A DNA stretch of 64,000 nt from Calditrichia bacterium (GTDB lineage Bacteria > Calditrichota > Calditrichia > JAJRVZ01): contig CAWCNS010000005.1 of assembly GCA_963796965.1 (NCBI GenBank), positions 672,001 through 736,000 of the forward strand, given 5' to 3'. The first letter of the stretch is position 1; each line of letters begins with the position of its first letter. The notes under the pieces are model-generated. The model was not told the DNA's origin and made no database searches. It worked only from the letters and a program-made list of their open reading frames with translations. Positions 1 through 9,407 of this stretch are shown one piece after another. The position numbers and the translations under genes are program-made.

Positions 1-1203
1 TTGACCTTCATCATCGGAATCAGCAAATATCTCAATTATCTGAATGGCTCCTGCCGTACCTTTTATCTCATTTGTTGAAACCGAAGTAAGGACAGGGGGA
101 GTTAGTTCTGCATTTCCGCCATTTCTATTGTCGATACCAGGGCCATTATTTTGCGAAATAGAATTGCGGGTGATAATATTTCCCTGACAACTCAAACTGT
201 CAACAACAATCCCAGCTACAGTATTATACCCGATGACATTCTCAATTATTAAATTATTGGACGACCTGGCATAGACAAATACCCCGCTCCCATTTCCAAA
301 ATCAGATTCCATCGATGCATTCGTTCCCAGAAAATTATTCGCGATAATATTATGATTTGATCTTATAATTGTAATCCCGTCACTATTTGCACCAATGTAA
401 TTATCAAATATCTCGTTAAAATCACACCCCCTTTCCAGATCGATCCCCCGTAAATAATTACCGATAGGGGCAGTTTTATCACGGTTCAAACCGATATAAT
501 TGCCAACAATTATATTATGTTGAGCCGAGTCAGCCAAAAAGATACCTGATTGGGTATTTCCCGAAATAATATTGGGATACGCGTATTCTGTGGGCCCGAT
601 ATGAACACCCTGCACTTTATTCCAAACCGCGATTCCAAATTTGTTCCCGGCTGCATTCGTCCCGGAATAATCTGTTCCAATATAACATCCGGAGACCCTG
701 CCAAATCCCGGAGCATAAAATATAATGGCAACACTTCCAAAATTATTAATGGTTAATCCATATAACGCCGTACCTTCTGCCCTCGTAATAAAACAAGACG
801 AATGAGTCCTAGCATTACTGCCATCGATCACAATCTCAGGGCCGTCAGGATTTGTATCCTCACCAATAAAAACAGACTGAGAGAAACCATCAATCGTCAA
901 TCCGTTATCAACAATATGTTCATAGGCACTGTCGGGCTGAATCACCCATATACCTTTGTTGGCATCATATCCCGGATCGGTTTTTGGAATTTTAAAGCGG
1001 ATAATATTATTGTTTAAATGCAGAAGTGTATTCGCTTCGAAAATGGCTTCACGAAGTGATCCGGGACCGGCATCATTTGTATTGGTGACCGCTCTTTCTT
1101 CAAGAATTTTGTCTCCGGTATTTGATTTCTGTGAATAGATGGTAGTTATAGAACTAATTAACAAAATGAGTGTGAGGCACAAAGAAAAGCACATAGTTTT
1201 CAT
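1..1203 (-). CDS. Secreted right-handed parallel beta-helix repeat protein (3' end outside window)
   Basis: Manual translation from ATG at 1203 (RBS GGAG upstream): MKTMCFSLCLTLILL... signal peptide, VTNTNDAGPGSLREAI motif, repeated GNYIG/NIISGN beta-helix turns; open to position 1. Missing from ORF track because there is no stop in the window. Confidence 0.8.
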   Translation of the reverse strand, partial: MKTMCFSLCLTLILLISSITTIYSQKSNTGDKILEERAVTNTNDAGPGSLREAIFEANTLLHLNNNIIRFKIPKTDPGYDANKGIWVIQPDSAYEHIVDNGLTIDGFSQSVFIGEDTNPDGPEIVIDGSNARTHSSCFITRAEGTALYGLTINNFGSVAIIFYAPGFGRVSGCYIGTDYSGTNAAGNKFGIAVWNKVQGVHIGPTEYAYPNIISGNTQSGIFLADSAQHNIIVGNYIGLNRDKTAPIGNYLRGIDLERGCDFNEIFDNYIGANSDGITIIRSNHNIIANNFLGTNASMESDFGNGSGVFVYARSSNNLIIENVIGYNTVAGIVVDSLSCQGNIITRNSISQNNGPGIDNRNGGNAELTPPVLTSVSTNEIKGTAGAIQIIEIFADSDDEGQ

Positions 1204-1269
1204 TTTTTTACTCCTTTTGCATACTACGGTAGTGTAAAAAATAACCACAGAGTTATTAAGATTAAAGTC

Positions 1270-1305
1270 AAGAGAAACTGACCTCAATGTATGTCAGTCT
1301 CTCTT
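1270..1305 (-). terminator. Hairpin in IS110 right end, downstream of transposase
   Basis: AAGAGAAACTGAC-N10-GTCAGTCTCTCTT inverted repeat. Confidence 0.45.
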
Positions 1306-1393
1306 GTAAAAATTTACTCGTTCTTTGACAATTCTAAGATTCCGTATTATTTTATAAGCACTACTTGAGGGAAGAGGAAATTCTGATCCCGCA

Positions 1394-2731
1394 CTAAACC
1401 TCAAGTAGGTTTTGGGACTGTTTTCTCTTCCTTCTTTTAATGCTTTGTCTTTTAGAAACAGGAGCATCCTCTGATTTTTCCTGATAGCGACGTTTTAAAT
1501 TGGAATTAGAACTTCTATTTTTCACAATTCTGGTTTTATTCCTGTTTTGCCTATCTATTTCCGGATCAAATTCTTTTTGATGTTTCAACATTCCAAAGAC
1601 GATACGCAGTACCTTATGCATGCATACACCAAGAGCTGATGATTTAACATTGCCTCTTTTTAAGTGATTAATATAGACTTCCTTGATTAAGGGATTATAA
1701 ACTATGCTGCTGCGGGCTACCATGTAAAGAATTTGTCTGGGTACACTTCGACCTTTTTTACTCATCCGAAAAGCACCTTTCCCATCGCCGCTAATCTTAT
1801 ATACAGGATGAACACCGAAATAGGAAGCCAGATGTTTTGCTGATGGAAAACGTTCGACAGCAAGGATGTTGAGGATAAGGCCAATGGCTGAATAAATGCC
1901 GATACCTTTAAATGATAGCAAAAGATTCACTTCCGGCAGATCACAGTGAGTTATCATATACTGTTTATGTTGCTCAATCTTATTTTTCAGATGTAATATC
2001 TGTTCGACGGTAGATTTAATAATAAAAGCGGTTGTTTGATCATCGATAGAGCCGACACTTTGCTTGGCATCGGAAATAAGAGCACAAGCCCGATTATATG
2101 ATATATAAGGAATCTTTGCCAGGGTCGTCTCCCTGGTTCTGATTAATTTAGCTGATGAAGGATATGTCTTAAGCAGGAGTAATATCCAATTTGGAATTCC
2201 ATCTTTGATATGTTTCATCAAAAATGGCATCGACGTATAAAGAAGAATATTCAATTGATTTAAAAGTTGTGTTTTTTGTTTTTTATACATTTCAATAAGA
2301 GTCCATTGTTTTCTTAGGGAAATGTATGGGTCGTCAGCATTATAATTCACTTTTTTAGGATAAGAGATCAAATATTCGGCAATGAACTTTGCACTTATAG
2401 CATCATCACTATTACGTTCTAATGATGCTTTATGAAGCGCATTTGGGCCGACCGGGTTTATTCTGGTAGACTTTATGTTCATTATATCAGATAAACGTTT
2501 AAACAGGGCAAGCCAGTTATTCTCAAGTCCGCCAGTACTCTCGACAGCAGAGAATAGGTTCGATCCTGGGTATCGTTTGAAAAAATCACGGATAAAATGA
2601 TAAAACTGGTTATGCCCTTCAAAGGTATCATCTAACTGGAAGACAGATTCAATAACTATTTTGTCACTGTCTAAGATGATAAAGTCGGCATAACCTTTAC
2701 TTACATCGCAGCCTAGATAATAGTTGGACAT
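1394..2731 (-). CDS. IS110 family transposase/recombinase (RuvC-like DEDD + Tnp domain)
   Basis: YLGCDVSK, AVESTG, SFKGIG, ERFPSAKHLASYFGVHP...SG, MSKKG motifs; 445 aa. Confidence 0.95.
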   Translation of the reverse strand: MSNYYLGCDVSKGYADFIILDSDKIVIESVFQLDDTFEGHNQFYHFIRDFFKRYPGSNLFSAVESTGGLENNWLALFKRLSDIMNIKSTRINPVGPNALHKASLERNSDDAISAKFIAEYLISYPKKVNYNADDPYISLRKQWTLIEMYKKQKTQLLNQLNILLYTSMPFLMKHIKDGIPNWILLLLKTYPSSAKLIRTRETTLAKIPYISYNRACALISDAKQSVGSIDDQTTAFIIKSTVEQILHLKNKIEQHKQYMITHCDLPEVNLLLSFKGIGIYSAIGLILNILAVERFPSAKHLASYFGVHPVYKISGDGKGAFRMSKKGRSVPRQILYMVARSSIVYNPLIKEVYINHLKRGNVKSSALGVCMHKVLRIVFGMLKHQKEFDPEIDRQNRNKTRIVKNRSSNSNLKRRYQEKSEDAPVSKRQSIKRRKRKQSQNLLEV

Positions 2732-2764
2732 ATAATGACTCCTTTACTTGTTAAATGTAAAACC

Positions 2765-2945
2765 AGACATCATCAGCCTTGTAAAAATACGGCATCTTAG
2801 TGCCAAGTTATTAACCGACTTTTATCTGGCAGCCGGAAGAAACTCTGTGACGGTCTCCGAGACCAGGACACGGACCTCCTTACATGCCAGATTATCTAGG
2901 TTTTATAAAACATAAACAAGTAAAGTGTTAGTTAAATCTTTTAAC
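2765..2945 (-). ncRNA. IS110 bridge RNA (target-binding loop ~2824-2892, donor-binding loop ~2772-2819)
   Basis: Two internal-loop stems whose loop segments match the reconstructed target and donor junctions (see findings). RNA ends are approximate. Confidence 0.85.
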
Positions 2946-3027
2946 TTTAAACATACAAGTACACGGAGTAATCTATTAATTTTATTTGAGTTAATACCGT
3001 TTCTCTTTATCTCCCCTCTGTGATCTC

Positions 3028-3364
3028 TTATAATATGACTCCCTTATTCCCTTTTTTAATTGCTTCAACACATTTCAATTCACCAATCACCTTGTTTTCG
3101 ATCAAATAATCTAATCGATAATTACCAATAGGATTGCCCTTATATTCAATCTCGAGTTGTTTCTGTCTTTTATACTCAATTCCCCGTGACTTTAACTCAT
3201 GCGCCATGGCTTCTTCATATAAATTTTCCAATAAACCTGGTCCAAGTGAAGAATGAACTTTCCCGATAAATCGGGACAAAGGTGATTATTTTTTCAGTAA
3301 TATCATTAAAAGGATATTCTTTAGGAGTTCTCAGAGTATTTCTCTGTGGCCTCTGTGGTTTCAT
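3028..3364 (-). pseudogene. GxxExxY family protein (PD-(D/E)XK nuclease-like), disrupted
   Basis: VHSSLGPGLLENLYEEAM...YRLDYLIENKVIGELK motif. True start ATG 3364 (MKPQRPQRNTLRTPKEYPFNDITEKII) is out of frame at a palindrome at 3261-3276. The usual C-terminal AQLLxYL/GLLINF segment is missing. Confidence 0.85.
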
Positions 3365-3457
3365 CTTTTACTCCAATTTTTCATTGTTTCATAGAACTTT
3401 TGACACTACCCATACTACTGAATATAGGGTCGATCATATCAGATTTAATTCTCCTTT

Positions 3458-3862
3458 TTATCCGACATGATCTCCAATTAAGACCCATTTATCTTTCTGC
3501 CTTAATAGTATATCCGTATTACGTCCCTTTTTTGAACGTTCCAACCCGTCTTTGTTTTTATACGCAGTAGAATAATAGTAATGAACAATTGCCACATCAT
3601 TAAATATGTTAATCGCTACAGGGGTTATATTATAAGAAGCAATTTTCCGGTTGGGGAGAATTTGCAATTCTTTTTTAATATCAGTTCTATTTACCGGCAT
3701 TAAATCACAATTATTCCAACCAGCATAATCTTTATGAAAAAAGTCCGTAAAACCTTTCACATCGCCCTTCAGGATCAGATTTGTATAGGTTTCAACATTT
3801 CCCCATACTTCCTTTTGGGCCGGATTCCATTCTTTTTTTGATAAAGGAAGTACCATTTTCAA
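3458..3862 (-). CDS. NTF2-like / DUF4440 family protein
   Basis: 134 aa; DVAIVHYYY...GRNTDIL...KWVLIGDH pattern. Confidence 0.75.
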   Translation of the reverse strand: MKMVLPLSKKEWNPAQKEVWGNVETYTNLILKGDVKGFTDFFHKDYAGWNNCDLMPVNRTDIKKELQILPNRKIASYNITPVAINIFNDVAIVHYYYSTAYKNKDGLERSKKGRNTDILLRQKDKWVLIGDHVG

Positions 3863-3910
3863 GTGTAATTTATTTCTACTGGTACAATAATAACATTGGT
3901 AAAAGATATT

Positions 3911-3951
3911 TCATTGTATAAATCAGACATATCATTGTAAAAAAAAGACAT
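3911..3951 (-). promoter_or_regulatory. Tandem direct repeats, putative AraC binding site
   Basis: TCATTGTATAAATCAGACAT and TCATTGTAAAAAAAAGACAT, 21-bp period, between the AraC gene and the NTF2 gene. Confidence 0.5.
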
Positions 3952-3982
3952 TTATGGTACGAGTGGTATAACTTTGGGGATA

Positions 3983-4104
3983 GTAATGGCCGTTCGCGAA
4001 TGGCCATCGTCAGGTACGTGAAGTACATTATCTCTTATTGAAATACTTAGTAAATGGTGTTTTGATCACCATATGTGGAGCGGCGTGATTAATCGTGCCT
4101 TTAC
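3983..4104. repeat. Pair of degenerate GTAG-type REP-like palindromes
   Basis: GTAATGGCCGTTCGCGAATGGCCAT (3983-4007) and GGCGTGATTAATCGTGCCTTTAC (4082-4104). Confidence 0.45.
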
Positions 4105-4129
4105 CATTTGTAATAAAATTGTACTTGAT

Positions 4130-4957
4130 CTATTTGATAAGATCGGTAAAATACTTTAATGCGATATGTTTGTCACTCTTAATAAATTCATTGGGTGTGA
4201 AACCGGTTAATTCTTTGAAACGATTTGTAAAATGGGCGAGGTCATAAAATTCTGCTTGGAAGGCAAGCTCCTGCACAGAGGAGTATTTTTTTGAATGCAT
4301 CAGATTAATCACATAATGTAGTTGAAAAATTTTTGAATAGCATTTTGGTGTGATGCCGACTATCTCCCGAAATTTTCGATCAAATTGGCGTTCACCAATC
4401 CCTATATCTTTTATTAATTCATTTATTTGAAAACTACCATTATATTTCTCAATAATATTCAGTGCCTTCTCAATATAATCATTAAAAGGCAAAGCCTTTG
4501 GAATTCGCTCACGGAGAAAATCCTCGAGCACTTCAATTTGCTGCTCACCATTATCCGACATAATCAATTCTTCATCTAGTAGAGTTTTTAATTGGGAAGA
4601 AATGAGATCACCTAAATCAGATAAATTATTGGTAAATCTGGAGGGAGAAATATGAAAGAGATAATAGAATCCAGATGCCGTAAATTCAATTAATATCTGG
4701 CATAAACTGCCATCATATTCTACATAGATATCATCATTGATCTTGGGACCGGCGATTTGCAACCTGGATTTTGGTTGGATTCTCCTGTTATTGAAATAGG
4801 AGGCCGGAATATCCTTAAAATTATAAGAAAGATAGGTAAAAGCACTGGGCATGAGCTTTTGTTTGTATTGGATGATTTTCTTACTCTTAAAGACTGAGAT
4901 CTTCCTGATATACTTTGAAAGATCTGGATTTGGATCAATGTGGATGATATCTATCAT
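4130..4957 (-). CDS. AraC family transcriptional regulator
   Basis: C-terminal ERQFDRKFREIVGITPK...FYDLAHFTNRFKELTGFTP double HTH. Confidence 0.92.
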   Translation of the reverse strand: MIDIIHIDPNPDLSKYIRKISVFKSKKIIQYKQKLMPSAFTYLSYNFKDIPASYFNNRRIQPKSRLQIAGPKINDDIYVEYDGSLCQILIEFTASGFYYLFHISPSRFTNNLSDLGDLISSQLKTLLDEELIMSDNGEQQIEVLEDFLRERIPKALPFNDYIEKALNIIEKYNGSFQINELIKDIGIGERQFDRKFREIVGITPKCYSKIFQLHYVINLMHSKKYSSVQELAFQAEFYDLAHFTNRFKELTGFTPNEFIKSDKHIALKYFTDLIK

Positions 4958-5014
4958 CGATTTATACCCCTTTGAAAGTCATCCAAATTATTAATCTAGA
5001 GCAATTTTATGCTC

Positions 5015-5720
5015 TTACATTCCATGTGGCACATTCAAGGCATCAAGCATTAATCCAGCCAGGACGCTGTTACCCTTCTTGTTCAAATGAACCGTATCAC
5101 TCGTCAATATTCCTTTCTCCACATTCTCAGGATTGTACTCTTTGAGATAGACCATAAAAGCCTTTCTCAGATCAAGGAGTTGTGAACCCGTTTCCCTGGC
5201 AACCTTACGGCTTATATCGGAATATTCGTCAAGCATTTTATCGTACTCATTTGTGCCATCCACTTTTTCACCAATAACCGTGGGTGTACATAAAATTACC
5301 CTTGCTCCGGCTGACTTAATCTTACTAATCATATCCTTTAAGCCTGCCTCATAAACATCCTTTGGCGTGCCATTATCCCTTTTCCAATGCCAAACATCGT
5401 TTATGCCAATATAGATCACGACTATCGTAGGATTCTTTTGAAGTACATCGCGGTCAAGACGTTTTTGGCAGTCAGGCACTTTATGCCCGCCAATGCCTGC
5501 CCCAATGACTTTAACTCCCAGATCCGGGTATGCATTTGCAATACTCTTAGAAACCAGGGTCACATAGCCTTCTGGTTTGACACCGGCAGCAGTGATCGAA
5601 TCGCCCAAGTAGACGATCGTCTCATTTTTTTTGAGGATCTGTAAGTCAGAAGATGTACAACCGTTCAACAAGGTGTACGCAATGCCGACGATACTGCTAA
5701 TTTTCATAATTTTTTTCATC
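5015..5720 (-). CDS. SGNH/GDSL hydrolase (esterase), probable lipoprotein
   Basis: LGDSIT, GIGG, IGIND, DTVH blocks; start chosen at MMKK. Confidence 0.9.
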
Positions 5721-5946
5721 ATCTGAGACTCCGTTTCAGTTTCTGGATTGAGTAAAATATAAATCAATTAAAAATTAGATTCAGACAATATTGTTTTTCT
5801 AAAACAGTATTCTTTATAACGCAGAGACGCTTAGTTCGTAAAGTTCCACCAAGTTTCATTTGAATGCCTAATAGTTTATAATTTTCATTGCATTCTACAA
5901 ACTCAATGTTGAAAAAGTATTCTACATTTTACTTCAAATATATTTT

Positions 5947-8484
5947 TCATTTTTTTCGGTAAAATATTATCTGTGAGCCCGGACATTCTGAGATAGTAAC
6001 AACCAGTTTTTCTTCCCCAGATTGGATTCTCTTCTCGCTGTTGTCCTCAACAAAAAATTCGTATTCCTGATCAGAATTAAGTTCTCTAATTTGAATCTCC
6101 TGAACAGGATCCGGGTTCTCCGGACGGCGGAAAAGGATTACCGCCCCATCATCAAATTCGGGACGATGAAACTGGTATCCATACCAGACATCCAGGTCAG
6201 GTATATGATGAAACAACGGGTAGAAATCGCCCAGCAGATAGGGACGCATTTTTTTATATATGGCCGTCGTTCGTTTTACTGCGTCGCGCGTATGAGAATC
6301 TGCCGAATTTTGCCTAAACCATCCCCCCGGAAATGGGACCGTAGAAAAATAAAACCCACTAACATTCCCTCTGTTGATTATTTTGATCAACAGTTCATTT
6401 TTTCCCTTTTTCAGAGGCAGATCAATTTTAGAATCGTCAACGGCAAGACTACGTCCTACATCTTCCCCCTTAACAAACGTACCATTGACAAAAACCTTAT
6501 ACCCATCATTACTCCCTAAATAAATCCGACAGTTGGTATCATAAGAAACTGTTATATCACGATATACATAGCTGGCATGATGGTTCTCTGGATCGAATGA
6601 ATCGAATACATATTGCTCACCATTTTCCCATTCCGGTTTCTTCAGCCATTTTAATCCACCGTTTTCAAATGTCCGGTTAAGGTTAACACCGTTTTCAGGT
6701 GCAAAAGAAAAGGAATATGGGTCTTTATTTTTATTGATAAATGGGCCAGTAAAATACCAGGATCCAAGTGTCAATCCTGAATTATTGAGGTTCTTAATTT
6801 CACGTGTACGATGCAATGCACGTAGACTGTCATTATCATGGTTGGTAAATACACCGCCACTGGCCATGGCACTGCGGAAATTATAGCTGGGTTCATAGCC
6901 ATAGTCACCACAGCCATGCAGGGGAATCCAGCGGTACAATCCACCATTCTGTAACTGGTCCGCCTCCGGATCCTCCACAAGGCATTGTAGATCACTATGC
7001 CAGAGAGGAAGACCGCGGGATATAGTTTCCAGGTCAATACGGCGCCCACCACTGGCACAATTATCGAGAGACATGTGAGGATGGCGTCTGAACAATTCAT
7101 CCCAAAATGCATAAAGTCCCTCAATGTGACGAATTTCTGTCATCCCCTGACGATCTTCAGTATCCGTATTCTGCCAGAATTCCAACGGATCCAGGTTAAA
7201 ATCATACCGTAACCAATCGATATTGGCAGCAGTGATTTGCTCATCAATATGTTCAAGCAACCAGGCCCGGGCTTCAGGGATATCCATACGAAATAAAAAT
7301 TGATCCAGCACTTCCACCGGACCCTTTTTATTCAACCATTGTGGATGCATTTTGTCAATCCTGCTGCCGGCTGCCGCCCGTTCCGGTTCAAACCAGAGCA
7401 GATACCCCATCCCTGCATTATGTGCCGCCTGGCCAATCGGTCCCATACCATTTGGATATTTTTTTGGATCCGGGTACCACGTGCCTGTACCGGAAGGGAA
7501 TCCCTTGGGATACCAATGTTGTGGATCCATATCGGACCAGAAAGTTTCAATCCCACGTTCAGCCAGAATTGGCATCACCCTTAGATGTGGTGCTTCATAA
7601 GTCCCATCCGGTGCTGTGTCTGTCACACTGGCCATAACCGGCGGCATAACCAGTTTACCGTTTCGACGGGGCAGATAATGTTTGATTAAGATCTGACGCA
7701 TTAAATTGTTACCATCAATCGGCTCATCCCCATCCCAAAAAGCCAGCAACATCCGCGGCGTTCGAATCGTTTCTCCGGGTAACAATTTCAAATGTGTGTG
7801 CTGCATGCCCCCCTTAATGGAGAGCTGGTCAGGTGCTTCAACTCCGAATTGGGCTTCCCACTGACCTGACCAACCCAAAGCAATAGCGATTCCTCCGTTT
7901 TCCCAATCCAGGTTAAAAAAGGGTAAATATCCGTCTGAAGAGGAGCGGCCTTTATGAGCTGATAATATCACCGGGGAATCAGCATTGAGATTGGTTGATG
8001 AAGGACGGAAACTTTCTGCAGAATTATAGTCACCCGTGCTGGTATGCAGTGTTATTTGAGCTGCGTCCGGTAAAACAATTTCATTGTTAAGAGGAAGTAT
8101 TTGCTCTATAATGGGTGTATCCCTCTCGCCTCTGTTGCTAAAATGGAGTACCCATTCCACTGCTGGAAAATCCTGGTAGATTAACGCCGTGCTTCGAACA
8201 AGCAATCCTGTTGTAGGATCCAAATACTCGGTTATTTGCTGTACGCGATTGGGGTCAAGTATCTGCTGGCTTGTGCTTACTGTCCAATTAGTTAGTAAAT
8301 TTTTGGAAGGTTTTCCATCATAGATGAAAGAGAAATAGGGTTGACTTGTCTGCGGATCATTAAACCGCTGGCTGATCCATTCTTTCGTGACAGTATTTTT
8401 ATTTGTCATTTCACAGGCATTAAAACTGAAAAGGAGCAATAGAATCCAAAGACAGATTTTTAGTAAATGGAGGACAATTTTCAT
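5947..8484 (-). CDS. Alpha-galactosidase-like glycoside hydrolase family 36 with inserted beta-sandwich domain
   Basis: LLWFEPER, WLRYDFN, LDNCASGGRRID, WHSD motifs. Confidence 0.85.
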   Translation of the reverse strand: MKIVLHLLKICLWILLLLFSFNACEMTNKNTVTKEWISQRFNDPQTSQPYFSFIYDGKPSKNLLTNWTVSTSQQILDPNRVQQITEYLDPTTGLLVRSTALIYQDFPAVEWVLHFSNRGERDTPIIEQILPLNNEIVLPDAAQITLHTSTGDYNSAESFRPSSTNLNADSPVILSAHKGRSSSDGYLPFFNLDWENGGIAIALGWSGQWEAQFGVEAPDQLSIKGGMQHTHLKLLPGETIRTPRMLLAFWDGDEPIDGNNLMRQILIKHYLPRRNGKLVMPPVMASVTDTAPDGTYEAPHLRVMPILAERGIETFWSDMDPQHWYPKGFPSGTGTWYPDPKKYPNGMGPIGQAAHNAGMGYLLWFEPERAAAGSRIDKMHPQWLNKKGPVEVLDQFLFRMDIPEARAWLLEHIDEQITAANIDWLRYDFNLDPLEFWQNTDTEDRQGMTEIRHIEGLYAFWDELFRRHPHMSLDNCASGGRRIDLETISRGLPLWHSDLQCLVEDPEADQLQNGGLYRWIPLHGCGDYGYEPSYNFRSAMASGGVFTNHDNDSLRALHRTREIKNLNNSGLTLGSWYFTGPFINKNKDPYSFSFAPENGVNLNRTFENGGLKWLKKPEWENGEQYVFDSFDPENHHASYVYRDITVSYDTNCRIYLGSNDGYKVFVNGTFVKGEDVGRSLAVDDSKIDLPLKKGKNELLIKIINRGNVSGFYFSTVPFPGGWFRQNSADSHTRDAVKRTTAIYKKMRPYLLGDFYPLFHHIPDLDVWYGYQFHRPEFDDGAVILFRRPENPDPVQEIQIRELNSDQEYEFFVEDNSEKRIQSGEEKLVVTISECPGSQIIFYRKK

Positions 8485-8883
8485 ACAGCAGTAACTCCGG
8501 AATTAAATGATAACTAGTAGTATCGTATAAAAACAGACAGAAACGTATAGTAAAATTGGCAGATCCAGGTATGAAATCAATTAATAAAGCCTAAATGAAT
8601 AAATATTTTCCACACCACCGTTCTGTCAAACATGCGAAATTCTTTTCCTGATCAAGGCTCGTTTTTTTATTTTACCTCTACGAAATGGATGAAGTCTCCA
8701 ATCGGAAAAATGGTTATTGGCTGATTTCCAAATGATGCGGACCAGAAAACTAATAAGTTCTCTTCTTCTTCACCACATAGGCCCTATTCACCCACATCCT
8801 CCGGACAGAGAGGTTATGGATGTTCTAATTGTGAGAATAAAATAGAAAAGGGGGAGAGAAAAAGTCTCAGAAAAATTGTTATT

Positions 8884-9303
8884 TTATTCTATAAATTCGA
8901 TCACATCGGCAGTGATAAAATATTTCGCTTGTGTATAGACGAGTGTATTCAGCACCTCTGAATCCTGGCGGATGTTTATTAATGCTAATTTTTTTCCATC
9001 CGTGCTACCGTATTTTTCGCGATAGTTGGCCCATAATTCCTTTATTGCTGAATCGTAGAGTTTCTCAACACCACTGACTTTGATCAAGGCAAACGTACCA
9101 ATATCAGAGCCTGCAGAATAGCTGAGTCCAATCAGGTATCCCTGCATCGATGAACCATGCATATCTTTGGCTACAATATTAAAATTTGGTTCGGACAACT
9201 CTACATTGGTCACATGTGTGGCCCGGAAGGCACCTCCGGTTCCACAGGATGAGAATGAAACTAAAAATAGAATCACCATTAATAGAAATAGAATTCTTTG
9301 CAT
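8884..9303 (-). CDS. Small lipoprotein (DUF6567-like)
   Basis: Lipobox FSSC; TNVELSEPNF...ITADVIEFIE. Confidence 0.6.
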   Translation of the reverse strand: MQRILFLLMVILFLVSFSSCGTGGAFRATHVTNVELSEPNFNIVAKDMHGSSMQGYLIGLSYSAGSDIGTFALIKVSGVEKLYDSAIKELWANYREKYGSTDGKKLALINIRQDSEVLNTLVYTQAKYFITADVIEFIE

Positions 9304-9407
9304 TAAAAAGTTCCTTTCTTGATATTGAATTCTTCAAGTTATTAATTTCACTACATATAGTGGCATAAAATAACAGTTGCATTGCTAATTATCAATTAGC
9401 GCGTTTT

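Larger units (their letters stand above)
1251..2960 (-). mobile_element. IS110-family insertion sequence (~1.7 kb), complete, CT core
   Basis: AGT (ACT on minus) at both 1251-1253 and 2958-2960. Removing the element restores AACCACAG-AGT-ACACGGAG. Sub-terminal IRs 1262-1275 / 2937-2950 (12/14). Encodes an IS110 recombinase. Confidence 0.92.
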
